The position numbers were made by a program, and so were the translations under genes. 64,000 nt of DNA from Camelus ferus (taxonomy: Eukaryota): NCBI RefSeq assembly GCF_009834535.1, contig NC_045705.1:31682001-31746000 (forward strand). The letters run 5' to 3'. Shown here piece by piece: positions 12,271-25,364 of this stretch. The notes beneath the pieces were generated by a model. The model was not told where the DNA came from and searched no databases. It was given only the letters and a program-made list of their open reading frames with translations. Position 1 is the first letter of the stretch. Every line of letters begins with the position of its first letter.

Positions 12271-12433
12271 GGCATGAACTTTCACTTATTTTGTTTTATT
12301 GAAGTATAGTTGACTTACAACATTGTGTTAGTTTCTGGTGTACAGCATAGTGATTCAGTTATACAGAGATATGTATATATTATTTTTCATATTTTTTCAT
12401 TATAGGTTATAGATTATAGTTTCATTTATTTTT

Positions 12434-12558
12434 TAAACACTTTTTTATAGAGTTATAGTCATTCTACAATGCTGTGTCAAATTCCAGTGTAGAGCACAAT
12501 TTTTCAGTTATACATGTACATACATGCATTGTCACATTCTATTTCACTGTGAGCCACC
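12434..12558 (-). mobile_element. Short 5'-truncated camelid-type L1 3' end with 19-bp target-site duplication
   Basis: TSD TATAG(T/C)TTCATTTATTTTT at 12415-12433 and 12559-12577, followed by AA (TTTT/AA endonuclease site). Body GTCATTCTACAATGCTGTGTCAAATTCCAGTGTAGAGCAC. Confidence 0.85.
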
Positions 12559-12559
12559 T

Positions 12560-13068
12560 ATAGCTTCATTTATTTTTAAGTGAAAGAAATAAAAAATACT
12601 CTAGATCTTCTATTCAGAAAAGAAATGAATAGAGTGAATTAAGCACTTCCAAATTATGAGAATTGGAGGAGCTCACTCATGGATACTGGAGTAGATATGG
12701 TTGGGATCAAGGATTCACCACTTATGCTGGGATGTAGGGATGTAGAAACTGGATTCAGGATGAATCTCTGCATGGACTTCTCAAAGTCCATGCTGCCCCA
12801 AATTGGACAAACATAATTTTCTTTAAACATTTTAAAGTATTTTCCACACATTTAAATATTTACCTACAGAGGGTATATACATTTTCAGATAAGATGAAGC
12901 GGAAATACACATTCTTCTTGACATAAGGATAAATAAATTTTTCTAGCACATGCATTGAATAATTATTGTTTCCCACTACCCTGCAATACCACTATTTTCA
13001 TATATAAAAATCTATGTATTTACTATCCTATTCCTTAGGTTTCTATTTTGTTCAGTAAGTTTATGTAT
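12560..13068 (+). repeat. ~500-bp diverged direct repeat of 19841-20330
   Basis: Shared blocks TACTCTAGA, GTGAATTAAG, TTGGGATCAAGGA, ACTTCTCAAAGTCC, GGAAATACAC and TTTCTATTTTGTTCAGT in the same order. Confidence 0.85.
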
Positions 13069-13069
13069 T

Positions 13070-13194
13070 AGAGATCAGCAGAGAATCACAATTGGGGACT
13101 GTAACCTTAGCAAGCCATATGCCAGTTCTGCAGCGCAAAGAAATAAGAATGTTTTTATGGAGAGGAAAAGAAAGTTGAGAGGGTTATAGTAACC
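13070..13194. mobile_element. Probable ERV LTR fragment
   Basis: Resembles recalled laurasiatherian LTR sequence (AGAATCACAATTGGGG..GAAAGTTGAGAGGG..TAGTAA). Family not identified. Confidence 0.4.
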
Positions 13195-16100
13195 TTCATC
13201 TCCTCAACTCAGGAGTCTCCCAAGATCTTTGGAGGTATCCCTCTGTGTACTGCATCATGGAAACTTTTTCAAGGTATTAAAGTGGAAAAATTGTGGCACT
13301 CAAATTTTTGTTTTCCACTGCACATTGGTCATTGTCAATTGTTCCTGACATCTAATATCTTTAAAATAATTGTTTCATATTATTTTCAGGTTGGTTTGTT
13401 TGTTTGTATAAAAACCTATACATGACTATTTATGGCAGTTTTTACCAATAAATTCAAATAACTGGAAACAATCAAAATATATCTTAATGAAGAAATGAAT
13501 AAACAGTGATACATCCATAAAACTAAATACTATTCAGCAGTCAAATGAATGACTATTGATAAACACAGTAATAAGCATAAATCTCAAATGCATGATACTA
13601 CTAATATCAAGAAGCCAGATTGAAAAGATTAGATACTGGACATGATCTTACATAAAGAAGACATAATAAATTACACCAAAAATTGTTAGAACTAATAAAC
13701 AAATTCAGCCAAGTTATAAGATACAAAAACATTTCCTTCACTGTGGTAATCATTTCACAGTGTATATGCATATAAAATCATCACATCATACACCTGAAAT
13801 ATATAGAACTTTAAGTTGTTAACTATACCTCAATAAAGCTGAGAGAACAATATTACATACTATATGATTCAATTTATATAACATTCTGGAAAAAGACAAA
13901 ACTCTAGAATTGGAAATGGATCCGTGTTTTCCAGGACTTGGAAATGAAGGCAGAAGGAGATTACAAAGGGTCATGGGGAAATACTTTTGGTAATGAAACA
14001 TTCTGCATATTGATTGTGATAATGATTGCACAACTTATGTATTTATCAAAACTTGTAGAACTTAGATTGAAAAGGATGAATGGTATACTGTGAAAATTGT
14101 GTCTTATTTTAAAATTTTTTAAAATGTCCAACATTGAAGGACAGATACTTAGAAAATGTAATAGAAGATAAGATCCTATTAAAATAGCAGCATAAAAAAT
14201 TCAGAAAGACTAAACTATTTATACTGGAAACAGACTAGATATTATTACCATAAAAGAGGACTTAAGACCTACCAGTTTGTGAATAAGAATTCTCTAAAGA
14301 TGCAAATTCTTCCTCAATCAAATCTTATTTAAAATACGACTAACTAAACATAGTTTTTACCAGACTAGCTTGTTGAAACTTAACTTCAAAGCATAAATAT
14401 ATAAGAATAGTAGTAATCCTGATAAGGAATAGTAATGAAGGAATCCTAGACCGATAAGGTATCAAAGTGTATTTTAAATCAAATGTAATTACATCCTGTG
14501 TTACATGGAACATGAACAAAGAGATCAATGGAAGATAGGAGGCTTGAATTGGAGTAATGCATACCAAATTTTAGAATGCATAGTTGGGATAGCAAAAACA
14601 TGGGGAAAAATAATCATGAATTGATAGGAATGTCAATCCAGAAAAATAATTAAAATGTAATATCTACTTATTTACAAAAAAATTAAGTGTAGCTTTTTAA
14701 AAAACTTGAATATAAAATAACAAAAAGACTTAAGAATTAAATGTGAAAGATTGTGGAAGAATATTTTGGTAACATTTGAATAGGAAAATTCTAAGCAAGA
14801 CATAGAAGCTATCAAATATGGATATATTTGATTATGTAAAAGTTAAAGTATTTTGACATGGCCAAAAATATTCTGCACAGTATAAAAACAAGAAAAATTA
14901 ATCACAAGCTGGAAAAGTAATAATTCTACCTACATAGTAAATTGGATAATTTCTTTATTATTATAATTAAATTATCAAAATGAATATGAAAAAGATCAGC
15001 AATCAAATAAAACACATAAAATCTATTAATAGGCAATTCATGAAAGAGGAAAATACAAGTAATTTAAAACACTTGAATAAATGCTCAAATTCAATTATAT
15101 TCATTTGTAATTAAAGTATACAAATGAAACACAATTTCTTTCATCAGACTGTCAAACACCACAAATGTTTATCAAGCACTGGTTGTTCAGAATGTCATAA
15201 AAAGGTATTCTCTAGAATTAGGAAAGTAGTGAATTTGGTACAAACTCATGGATGGCATTTTGTCAATAACTATGAACACCAACATTTTAAATACATAAAC
15301 CAATTGACTCACAATTCCACCGCTGGAAATTCAAACTTAGAAAATTTCAAAAAGACATCATTGCAGAATTATTTGTCATAAAAGACTGCGGAAAAGATGA
15401 AGAGGACTGGATTCATCGGTGTTAGTGATCTTTATAAAGAAGTTAAGCAGTTTGAGGAAACAGAATGAGTTAGATCTATAGACTGGTATATGAAGACATT
15501 CGGGAGGCTGAGTAGTAAATAGCAAAATTTATACACAGAGACATTGTAAACACATATGAAAAAATACACTTATTTTTGCAAATATTATTATTGGAAGAAT
15601 CTTAGAGGATAGTGACTGCATCTGGAAAAACTGGAAGACTATTTTGGGATGGGTAGGAGGTTTATTCCAAGTTATTCCATTTTGCACAGATTCTATTTTT
15701 AGTATGTATTATTATTGTTATCTATTACCTTTCAATTTTTAATTTAAAAATGAGATATTACACTAAAATTTTATATTGAATAAAAAGAATAATCTGTATA
15801 ACATTAAACATTCTAAATTTAAAATAAAAAGAATGAAGATAAAAGACAAGAATCTGAGTAACATAAAACTAAGAATGAGAAAGAATTAAAAATAAATACA
15901 GCAATTAAGTAAAAATTAATGAAACTCTATAAAATTGCACTGACTACTTTATTACATATTATTTACTGACTCCCTACTGTAAATGCATTCCAAACTTCTA
16001 GGTGCACTGGTAAACCAGACATTACAGAGTTTATATTTTAGCAGGAAAGCTAGTATTAATAGCAGAAAGATACAGTTCATTTTGAATTACAATTATCACA

Positions 16101-16223
16101 ATATCTTCAGAGAAAAGGAAAGTTTGCATCAGATTTATGAAGACTTTCATATTCCAAGGAGATTGGTCCTAGGGCTAAATTACTTCTTTCATGATGGATA
16201 ATGCACTTATTTATTACTTAATC

Positions 16224-17135
16224 TCACTTTTTTCTCCAGAGCTTCTTCATAGCACTAGTCATCTCAGAATTTCTTAGACTGTAGATAAATGGGTTCAGCA
16301 TGGTGCTTATGACTGTACAAAACACACTCAATGATTTGTCAATAGAGAAGGTCTTAGCAGGTCTTGCATACATGAAAATACAAGGGACAAAGAAGCAGAG
16401 AACCACAGTGATGTGGGAAACACTGGTCTGGAGGGCTTTCTGCCTCCCTTCCTGACTCAGGTTCTTTAGAGAGTGCAAGATGACTACATAAGAGATGAGT
16501 AAGAGCAGGAAAAAAATACTGCACATCAGTCCTCCATTGACCACCACTAAGATGCCAGTGACATAGGTGTCAGTACAGACAAGTTTCAACAAGGGGAACA
16601 TGTCACAGATAAAGTGATCGATGACATTGGGGCCACAGAATGGGAGCCCATAAATAGTGCTAACTTGTATAGTNNNNNNNNNNNNNNNNNNNNNNNNNNN
16701 NNNNNNNNNNNNNNNNNNNNNNNNNNNNNNNNNNNNNNNNNNNNNNNNNNNNNNNNNNNNNNNNNNNNNNNNNNNNNNNNNNNNNNNNNNNNNNNNNNNN
16801 NNNNNNNNNNNNNACCCACCAAAAAAGTGCTCAGTAAAAAGCTGAGTCATGCAAGATTCAAAGGATATGGTGTTTTCCCCAAAGAATAAGTCTGAAATCA
16901 ATCTGGGGGAAATAGAAGAGGAATAAATTAAATCTATAAAAGATAAGCTGGCAAGAAAAAAGTACATTGGTGAGTTGAGGGTCTTACTGACAGTAATTGT
17001 CACGACAATGAGCAGGTTGCCGATCACAGTCAAAATGTAGGAGAGAAAGAACATAACAAAAAGGACTTTCTGCTCCTTTGGATTCTGTGTGAGGCCCAGG
17101 AGGATGAAATAAGTTACATTGTTCCTTGGTTCCAT
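16224..17135 (-). CDS. OR4A47-like: Olfactory receptor, OR4A47-like, 303 aa; 140-nt N-gap preserves frame; inferred promoter/first exon is missing
   Basis: Near-identical to 6821..7744 with the same OR motifs. Ends WRKK*. 5' flank homology to the first copy stops at 17724. Confidence 0.85.
   Translation of the reverse strand: MEPRNNVTYFILLGLTQNPKEQKVLFVMFFLSYILTVIGNLLIVVTITVSKTLNSPMYFFLASLSFIDLIYSSSISPRLISDLFFGENTISFESCMTQLFTEHFFGGXXXXXXXXXXXXXXXXXXXXXXXXXXXXXXXXXXXXXXXXXXXXXXXTIQVSTIYGLPFCGPNVIDHFICDMFPLLKLVCTDTYVTGILVVVNGGLMCSIFFLLLLISYVVILHSLKNLSQEGRQKALQTSVSHITVVLCFFVPCIFMYARPAKTFSIDKSLSVFCTVISTMLNPFIYSLRNSEMTSAMKKLWRKK
16674..16813. other. N-gap, 140 nt
   Basis: Run of N at the same homologous position as 7283-7422. 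Confidence 0.99.
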
Positions 17136-17724
17136 CTAGTCTGTACAGCAGCTGACTCACATATTAGAAACAGTTTACCTACAAAACAAGGGGGAACATT
17201 TGAATGAATTATAAGTTTAATCTTTTTATCTATTCAATTAAAAGAATGTGTATGGAGTGTATGTTCATGTCCAATATGCCATTGACATTGTGAGTACCAA
17301 GTTGAATAAGGCATCGTTCCCTACCCTCAGTGATGTGATTCATGACAAGGGATCAAACAATTCGAGACCTAGGTAATAAGTACCATTAAAAGGATATTCA
17401 CACAATGCTAAGAGTGTAGGAATATGTCAGTTAAACTGGAATCAGAGAAGGCTTCCTATCAGAAGCAATGATTTAGCTGCGTTTTGTTTTTTTTTTAAGT
17501 GAAAGAACAAGAAAAGATGGGAAAGGAATTTCATGAAAAGGTACACGACATAAAGTCACAAAAGTGTAATAGTTGAGACTCACTTAAGGTGATTTACATT
17601 ATCAATGTGAGTAGATCAAACCATAAATAGATGTTCTCTGTCCTTAATTGTGTCAAACCTCAGTGATACTTCTTTAGGGTCTCTAGGTGGGTATTTCTCT
17701 TTTCCTGAACAATAAATACTGCAG

Positions 17725-18603
17725 AAGTCCAATTTTCTTACTCATCTACTTCATGACCATAGCGGGCAACCTGCTTATCATGGTGACCATCGTGGCCAGC
17801 CGGTCCCTGGGTTCCCCCATGTACTTTTTTCTGGCTTATTTATCATTTATAGATACTGTCTATTCTACTGCCATTGCTCCCAAAATGATCACCGACTTGC
17901 TTCATTAGAAAAAGACTATTTCCTTCCAGGCTTGTATGACTCAAGTCTTTATAGATCATCTGTTTGCTGGTGTTGAAGTCATTCTTCTGGTGGTGATGGC
18001 CTATGACCGATACATAGCCATCTGTAAGCCTCTTCATTATTTGGCCATCATGAGTCGGCGGGTATGTGTTCTCATGCTGCTGGTGGCCTGGATGGAGGCT
18101 TCCTGCACTCATTGGTTCAATTTCTCTTCATTCATCAGCTCCCCTTCTGTGGCCCCAATGTCATTGACAACCTCCTGTGTGACATGTACCCCTTAATGAA
18201 ACTTGCTTGCACCAACACCCACCTCATCGGACTCTCCATGATGGCTAATGGAGGGGCAACCTGCACTGTTGTCTTCTTCATTCTCTTAGTTTCCTGTGGG
18301 GTCATATTACACTCCCTTAAGATGCATGGTGCGGGAGGAAATCACAAAGCCTTCTACACCTGTGCATCGCATATGACGGTGGTCATTTTATTCTTTGTTC
18401 CTTGTATCTTCTTGTATGCAAGGCCTAGTTCTACCCTTCCCAAGGATAAATTCATGACTGTGGTTTTAACTTTCTTAAGTCCCATGTGGAACCCCTTAGT
18501 CTACACCCTGAGAAATGAAGAAATGAAGAATGCTATGAGGAAACTTTGGAGTAAAAATGTGACCTTAGCAGGAAGAGGGCTGTACCCTTTATGTAGGACA
18601 TGA
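17725..18603 (+). pseudogene. OR4A15-like: OR4A15-like olfactory receptor pseudogene, 5'-truncated
   Basis: Reads [39 protein letters not shown], then TAG at 17906-17908 (E codon expected). [15 protein letters not shown] is present. 1-nt deletion near 18093 (TGG AT- GGA GGC TTC). Continues [40 protein letters not shown], matching recalled OR4A15. No ATG or N-terminus. Confidence 0.9.
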
Positions 18604-21600
18604 TGTTCATTCTATTACAGAATCAATAAATGCTTTCATTATCAATGATTGCACTTAAAAAATCATTTCCTTTGGGTTATGTAGACTACTTATTGCTGAA
18701 ACAGCTATAAAATCAATCTTTAAGTGAAATAGTATATAGTCCTTAGAGACCAAATGAATTGCATAGGTTTAATCTCTTGTAATATAATCTCTTATATAAG
18801 TAATCATACCGTATTTTTTTTCTGGTTGTTAATATATTGCTCATTAAAAAAATAGACTTTATTCTTTTAGAGCAGTTTCAGGTTCATAACAGAATTGAGC
18901 AGAAAATATAGAGAGTTCACATATAGCCTTCTCCAGGCACACATATATACTCCCCTACCCTCAACATCCCTCATCAGTGTGGCATATTTGGTACAATCAA
19001 TAATCATACTGTATTAAGATTCTTTAGTGACAAAAGTTTTTTGGTTTTACTTCAACTTATTTTTCTGGAGCAATCACTGTCCTGGTACAGAAAAATATGA
19101 CCTAATAGAACTTGTTCCATTTTTATCAAAGAGAATGAAATTTTAAAATTAAAAATTCTTATGGCTAAAAAATTTTAATCTAAAAATAAATGTCCTGGTC
19201 AAATTAAGTAATTTAAAATTACACAGCACATGATTACAGCTGAGGATAAATCCATAAGAAATAAACTTTGTTAAATTTATACTGTGATGGTAGCATATAG
19301 TTGATTTTGTGCATTCTGACACAGTTTAGGCTGAAAAATTAAATTATTCAACCCAGTTCTTTGCATCTGGATCAACTGGCCTCCACCAATTGTTGAAATA
19401 CATACTTAAGTCGTTCATATCACATATAGCTCCAGAGTCTGCCTACATTAAATTAAACTTTCTGAGTTCAGGATTTCCTATTTAAATGCAACAAATGTTT
19501 AACATTTGGGGTACACATGATCTTGTTGTACACAAGGAATGCCTTTCTCATTCTCTGTAAACTATATGTTCTTGACTTCAGTGATGAATCAAAGGTGACT
19601 TTCTGTTTACAATTGCTCTATAGCACTTTTGGGGATCAAATACTATATACAGACATCCGTTTTTTAAGGCTCTGATATTGTATGTTTCTTGATAGAGTCA
19701 ACTGACATTATAGATACTAAGGCATAAAATATGTCTTCATCATTTTCTCAATTTGTAACTGGATTCATTTAGCGTACTTAGCAATATTAATGCCTCCATG
19801 TATTTGACACATATTAAATAAATGCCAGACACATATTGAATAAAGTTTCATTAATTCTTCAGTGAAGGAAATATAAAGTACTCTAGAAATTTAACCTGAG
19901 GGAAATCTGATATGGTGAATTAAGTATTTCAAAAATATTAGAACTGAAGGAGCTGACACGTGACTACTGGAGTGAACGAGCTTGGGATCAAGGACCTCCC
20001 ACCTACACTATGATGCAGAGACGAGGAAGCTGGAATCATGATGAAAGATCTCTGCATCTACTTCTCAAAGTCCTTCCACGCTGTGCATTTAAAAAGATAA
20101 TTCTCTTTAAATTTATAAAGTTTTTCCTTTTACATTCATGTTACTAACTCACGTGAGATATGCATTTTCAGCTATGGTGTGAATTGGAAATACACTTTCA
20201 CTGTTATCATTAAGATAAATAAAACTTCCCAGCATATTTATTGAATAGTCATTCTGTTTACAGTACCCTACAATACCTAGATACCTATTATTCTATCTCT
20301 TAACTTTCTATTTTGTTCAGTTAGTATATCCATAAGCCAGTCCTACAATGTCTAATTTACCACAGTCTTTCAGATACTTGGGAGCTCCTTGTGCCTGGGT
20401 GTCCTCCAACAAAAACTCGGGGACCAATTGTCAGAAGGTGTTGAAGAAGGATTTGAATATCTTTGTAAGAAGCTGAATTAGATAACTTCAAAAGTTTACT
20501 CTTTATATACAATAGAAAGTAGCATGTTTCTTCTTTTATGGTAAAAAAATTAGCAAGGTACAAATTATATTGTCAACAGCAAATTTTGAAAGTGTAAGGA
20601 CTGAAGAAGGAAATGTAAGGCAGTCTGACTTTGGTGAATAAAGTTTTGTTGGCTTGTGAATAATTTTAAGGAATGTTAAGATGTTCCTTTGTATTCATTA
20701 TCAAGAATCTCATGAGGATCTGCCATCTGATTATTTCTGATTCTTAAAAATATATATAAGGAAATATGTTTCTCCTAAAAATTAGCCAGATAAATAAAAT
20801 TTGGATTTGTTGTATAGTATATTTTGGTTTAATCTGTATTTTTAATTCAGTGAAAACATTAGGCAATAAGTAAGGTGAGTGAGCTATTTTTGATGGTTGA
20901 CTATGAGGCGTACATTTTGATAGGCTCCTTACATACATGAACTCTTTTAAGGTAGCAGAATCTATTATTAGATAGATTTTTATTCCATGTTATACAAGAA
21001 GAAAATGAGACTTACTGAGGTTAAACAACAATATCAAGTCTCTGAAACTCTACTTCCTCTACTTTTCCCACTTCACAATACATTTTCCTATCATGATGTG
21101 AAAATCGCAAAACGCAGATCTGATTATTGGCTGTGTGAAGATTATCATTGGGGCATTCTTTTTTTTTGGCAATGGGGCACTTTCTCTCTTCAGCTCTCCC
21201 TTGACCTCCATTTCCCAGGCTCCTTACTCTCTCTTGGTTCCCCTTGTGTCAGGGAAAAGCCATCTGATGATCTCTTTTCTGAGGATATATTACCCTTCAT
21301 GGACATTATGAAAAGGCAAATGTCATGGGCTCAAGAAATAAAATTCAAAGAACGTGACACTTAGATGAAAGGTATTTGGAGGAAAAATAAACAGCTCAAT
21401 CACTAAGGAGATTAATACCCTGTTGATTCTGAGGACAGCACCTTGAGGAGCTAAATAGGTACTAATTCCACAGGGCTTTCTCATTGTTATCCCATAGTGT
21501 TAATTTTATTCCTGGAAAAATGGCTCTATGGTCAATTCAGTTTAGGAAATTTTGACTTACTTAATGTACTGAAAAAATGCTGTTCAGTGCCCTCAGTGGG

Positions 21601-22001
21601 CCATAGAGATATGGGAGCTGTGTATTCAACATTGAATAATACAAACAGGGTTGTGTTTGTGTGGAACTTATATTCCACTGGGTAACAGATGGATAATAAA
21701 CAAGTAAATAAATAAATTATGAAATATAATTTTGTTAGTAATGGGTATGATGAGAAACATTTTATAAGAAGATGATTCAGGAGAGAATTGGCTATAAATT
21801 TGTGTAATTGTTTGACACACAGCTAGAATTTTATTTAGGATCATGTATAAATAACTACATTATTCCCCCTTCATTTAAAAAAATAAGTAGGTTACTCTAA
21901 CACATGTATTTGAACTGGGGATAATATGGTCCCCAAGTAGGTAAAAATGGTTTCTTGAGGAGTGAAAATATCTTACTATTTTTTCTAAATAAATCTCTCT
22001 C

Positions 22002-22004
<3 letters not shown>

Positions 22005-22042
<38 letters not shown>
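22005..22042 (+). repeat. (CA)19 microsatellite
   Basis: Perfect CA run, counted directly. Confidence 0.97.
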
Positions 22043-22044
<2 letters not shown>

Positions 22045-22546
22045 ACACATAAAAAGTAGTGTAATTATGGTATTATTATTTTAAAGGGGGAGGTGATTAA
22101 GGGAACAGAATGCCTAAGAAAGGGCCTTTGGAGGACAATAATATAAAAAGTTTAAGGCATACTGCCCCAACTACTGTCTAAATGGTTAGCTAAGAGCATG
22201 GAGTAACTTTAGAATGTTAGTAAAAGTCATCCAAACACAGATGTTGGCCCATCACCTGTGAGGACCATATTCAGTAAAACTGACAGGTCTTCTTTCTCAA
22301 GAAACTTCCCAGAATGTATGGTCAATGATGCTAATGAATCAGCTGGAATCTGTGAAGTGTGTTGTAAATGTAGGATATTCATATATATATATATTTTAGT
22401 ACTGAAAGCTGAAAAAGAATGAAGGCTATAACCCCAAATATTTCTAAATTGAAAACGTCATTTGAGAACACAAACTGTTATGAAGTAACAAAAACTTTAG
22501 TCCTTGTTTCTTTCTGGCTGAGGAACGTTTGAATTCTGTATAATGG

Positions 22547-22603
22547 CAACTCTCCTGCAGATAGATGTGATACAACTCTCCTGCAGATAGATGTGATACA
22601 ACT
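22547..22603 (+). repeat. Perfect 26-bp tandem duplication
   Basis: CAACTCTCCTGCAGATAGATGTGATA twice (22547-22572, 22573-22598), then CAACT. Confidence 0.97.
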
Positions 22604-23729
22604 TTAATAACAGCCTTAAAAGATGTAGAGAGCACCACATTAGGTGATAGAGAAATTTGTCCTGGAATGAGGTAGGTGGCCAAGAACAAGTCCTGTTGAT
22701 TTTCTTCATGTATATTATCAGGCAGATAATCGTGTGGCCATTCTTCTATTGAAGAAGAAGAACTTAGTTGTTGAGCAAATAATTGAACTGTTAATAGCAT
22801 GATCTGGCTTTGTGAGAGTGGAGCATCATCTTGGCCTGGCTCCAGTGAAGCTCTGCCCCTGGGAAAAGTGGATCATTGCAGGGACAGATGGGATTTCACT
22901 GGTATGGTGACTGGTGCCTCCATCAGTACAGATACAGCCTCAAAGGGATGCAGTTGAAATGATGCAAGTCTGCACATGATGAAATCCTGTGCCAATTAAA
23001 AATGGCACTGTGCCCTCTTTTAGCCCAGGTCTGTCACCCAAAGGAGAACATCCTAATAATGATATTTCTTGTAAGATGTGGACTGGAAAGTGTTTACAAA
23101 ATAAACTCAAATACAGCTAACTGGCATAGTTCCATGATTTTGTAAACAGCTTATCTGTCTGCCTTTTTTGGGGTAGGGGAGAAACTTTTCCCATTTTGAT
23201 GAAATTTGAATTCCTTTGTCATCCACAAGAGTTGTTTCCTATATAAATCCCTGGACACTTAGAGCATCTGTTTTAATTCTTTCTTTACAATCATTAGAAA
23301 CTCTGGTCTTATCAAAATAACTCCTCATTTAGTGATTGAATGATTTGCTCCCACTGCAGGTCCTGATTTATCTGCCTCCAGGCTTAGATTTGCTGAGTTG
23401 ATATCCTAATGTGTCATGATTCCCAGCTCTTTTGTAGGTGGAAGTTCATGTAAGTATATCCTGGATGGGGCTAGAACTTTGGTTACCTGAGCTTGATCCT
23501 AGAAAATTTAATTGCACCATGTCTGCCTTCTTCTTAGGGGGACCACCAGGTAACTGCCTTTTATAGGTTACAGAGGTGACATGAGAGTGAGTTTTGGAGT
23601 TGATTTTAACAACTTTTTTGAGTATATGAAACATGCTCTTATTAATTTGAAGCACTATTTTGAAATCATTGAAATAGTCTTATTGAATCACTTACATGCA
23701 TGCATGATAATGTTTAAAATGTGCCAGGA

Positions 23730-24160
23730 GTTCACCTGTTTTGTCTGTATAAGCAAATTGTAGCCTCAGGATGGACTGCCTTGAGCTATCAATAGATTTT
23801 TAGCTTAATTTACTTTAATCTCTTTTGACATAACTGAAATTTAAATGTCTACCTTCTGGTTTCTATCCAGATCATGAGATTAGGAACTAAAATTGTGTGT
23901 TTACATTTCAGAGGCTGTGTCTTAGGAAAAGAAGGAATAGGAGTGTCTGGTCTGTATAGGTTAGTTTTAGACAGATATTATATTTTTATGTACTTCTGTA
24001 TGGAGTAAAACACATAAATGACTGTACATAAAGCTACACACAAATGCACATCTGAAGAGCATGCACTGAACTACTGATAGAGGGTCAAGTGAATCCTTAT
24101 GGTTGGGAGTGGTCCTTTGACTTAAAACTTCCTATCATTCTATCTCTGTAAACTATTCTC
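23730..24160. mobile_element. Possible ERV LTR fragment
   Basis: Composition shift and general resemblance to artiodactyl LTRs; no clear termini. Confidence 0.3.
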
Positions 24161-24604
24161 CATTGACCATGTTTTACTTTTATAATTCTTAGAAATAAAA
24201 TATTTTTACTTAAACTATTCTACTTTGGTTAGAGCTATGTTTTAGAAATAGTTTTGGTAGATTTTTCTTTTTAAGTCAATTCAGAAACTTACATCCTGCC
24301 AAGTGTTGAGGAGTCACTAAGCTGACCTCCTTCTCTCTGGCTGAGCATTTGATAGGTGTGTAAATAAACGTATGATTCAAAGGCAGGGGACCTGTTTTTT
24401 TAAAATAGTGTGTGATCAGTAGCAGTCTCCTCATGCTGGGATAAGAAATGTGGAGGCAGATCTAGGCCTTTTACATTTATAAAATCCTTTAACCTTTACA
24501 ACAGCCCTTTGGGGTAAGTGACATTACTTTCTGATTTTACATAGAATGAAACTGAAGCATGGAGAGGTTGTCTGGCGTAGCATGGGTACTCAGAAGAAAG
24601 AATT

Positions 24605-25310
24605 AGCTTACTTCACTTAGAATGACACACTCTAAGTCCATCCATGTTGCTGCAAATGGTGCTATTTTATTTATTTATTTATTTTTTTACAGCAGAGTAG
24701 TATTCTATTATATAAATATACCACTACTTCTTTATCCAGTCATCTGTTGATGGACATTTAGGCTGTTTCCATGTCTGGCTATTATGAATAGTGTTGCTAG
24801 GAACATTGGGATCCATGTATCTTTTCAAATTAGAGTTCCCTCCAGATATATACTCAGAAGTGGGAGTGCAGGATATGGTGAGTCTATTTTTAGTTTTTTT
24901 TGAGGAATCTCCATTCTGTTTTCCATAATGGCTGCACCAAACAGCATTCCCACCAGCAGTGTAAGAAGATTCCCTTTTCTCCACATGCTCTCAAGCATTT
25001 ATTCTTCATCGACTTGAATGACAGCCATTCTGACTGGTGTGACATACCTCATTGTTGATCATTATTCTAAGGGAGGTAAGCCAGAAAGAAAGAAAAAATA
25101 CCACATTATAACACTCATATGTGGAATCTGAAGGGGAAAAAAAGAAAGAAAAAAGAAGACATTACGAACTCATCTACAAAACAGAAACAGACTCACAGAC
25201 ATAGGGAAGAATCTTACAGTTACTGGGGAAAGGGGGTGGGAAGGGATAACTTTGGGAGTTTGAGATTTGCAAATGTCAGCCACTATATATAAAAGTAGAT
25301 TAAAACAAGA
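24605..25310. mobile_element. Camelid-type L1 3' portion with 5' inversion (- 24605-25056, + 25057-25310)
   Basis: - piece encodes [38 protein letters not shown] (L1 ORF2 C-terminus). Its left end (reverse TCATTCTAAGTGAAGTAAGC) overlaps the start of the + piece (TATTCTAAGGGAGGTAAGC). Confidence 0.85.
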
Positions 25311-25364
25311 AGAAAGAACTAACTTCTGTGAAAAATTAAGGTTATAGTGCTTACTACTTATTTC

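Larger units (their letters stand above)
13195..17724 (+). repeat. Direct duplication copy B containing OR 16224..17135
   Basis: Partner of 3810-8324; similarity stops abruptly at 17724. Confidence 0.88.

Noticed and set aside
20330-20860. Possible ERV internal fragment on the - strand
   Set aside because: Only a vague compositional resemblance; no gag, pol or env motif I could read, so not listed as a feature.
22547-22603. CRISPR-like or regulatory repeat array
   Set aside because: Two adjacent units with no spacer, in mammalian DNA; a simple tandem duplication.
24724-24984. 86-aa ORF, and similar ORFs at 4248, 10809, 47435, 52836 and 53104
   Set aside because: These are fragments of L1 ORF2 or its antisense frames.
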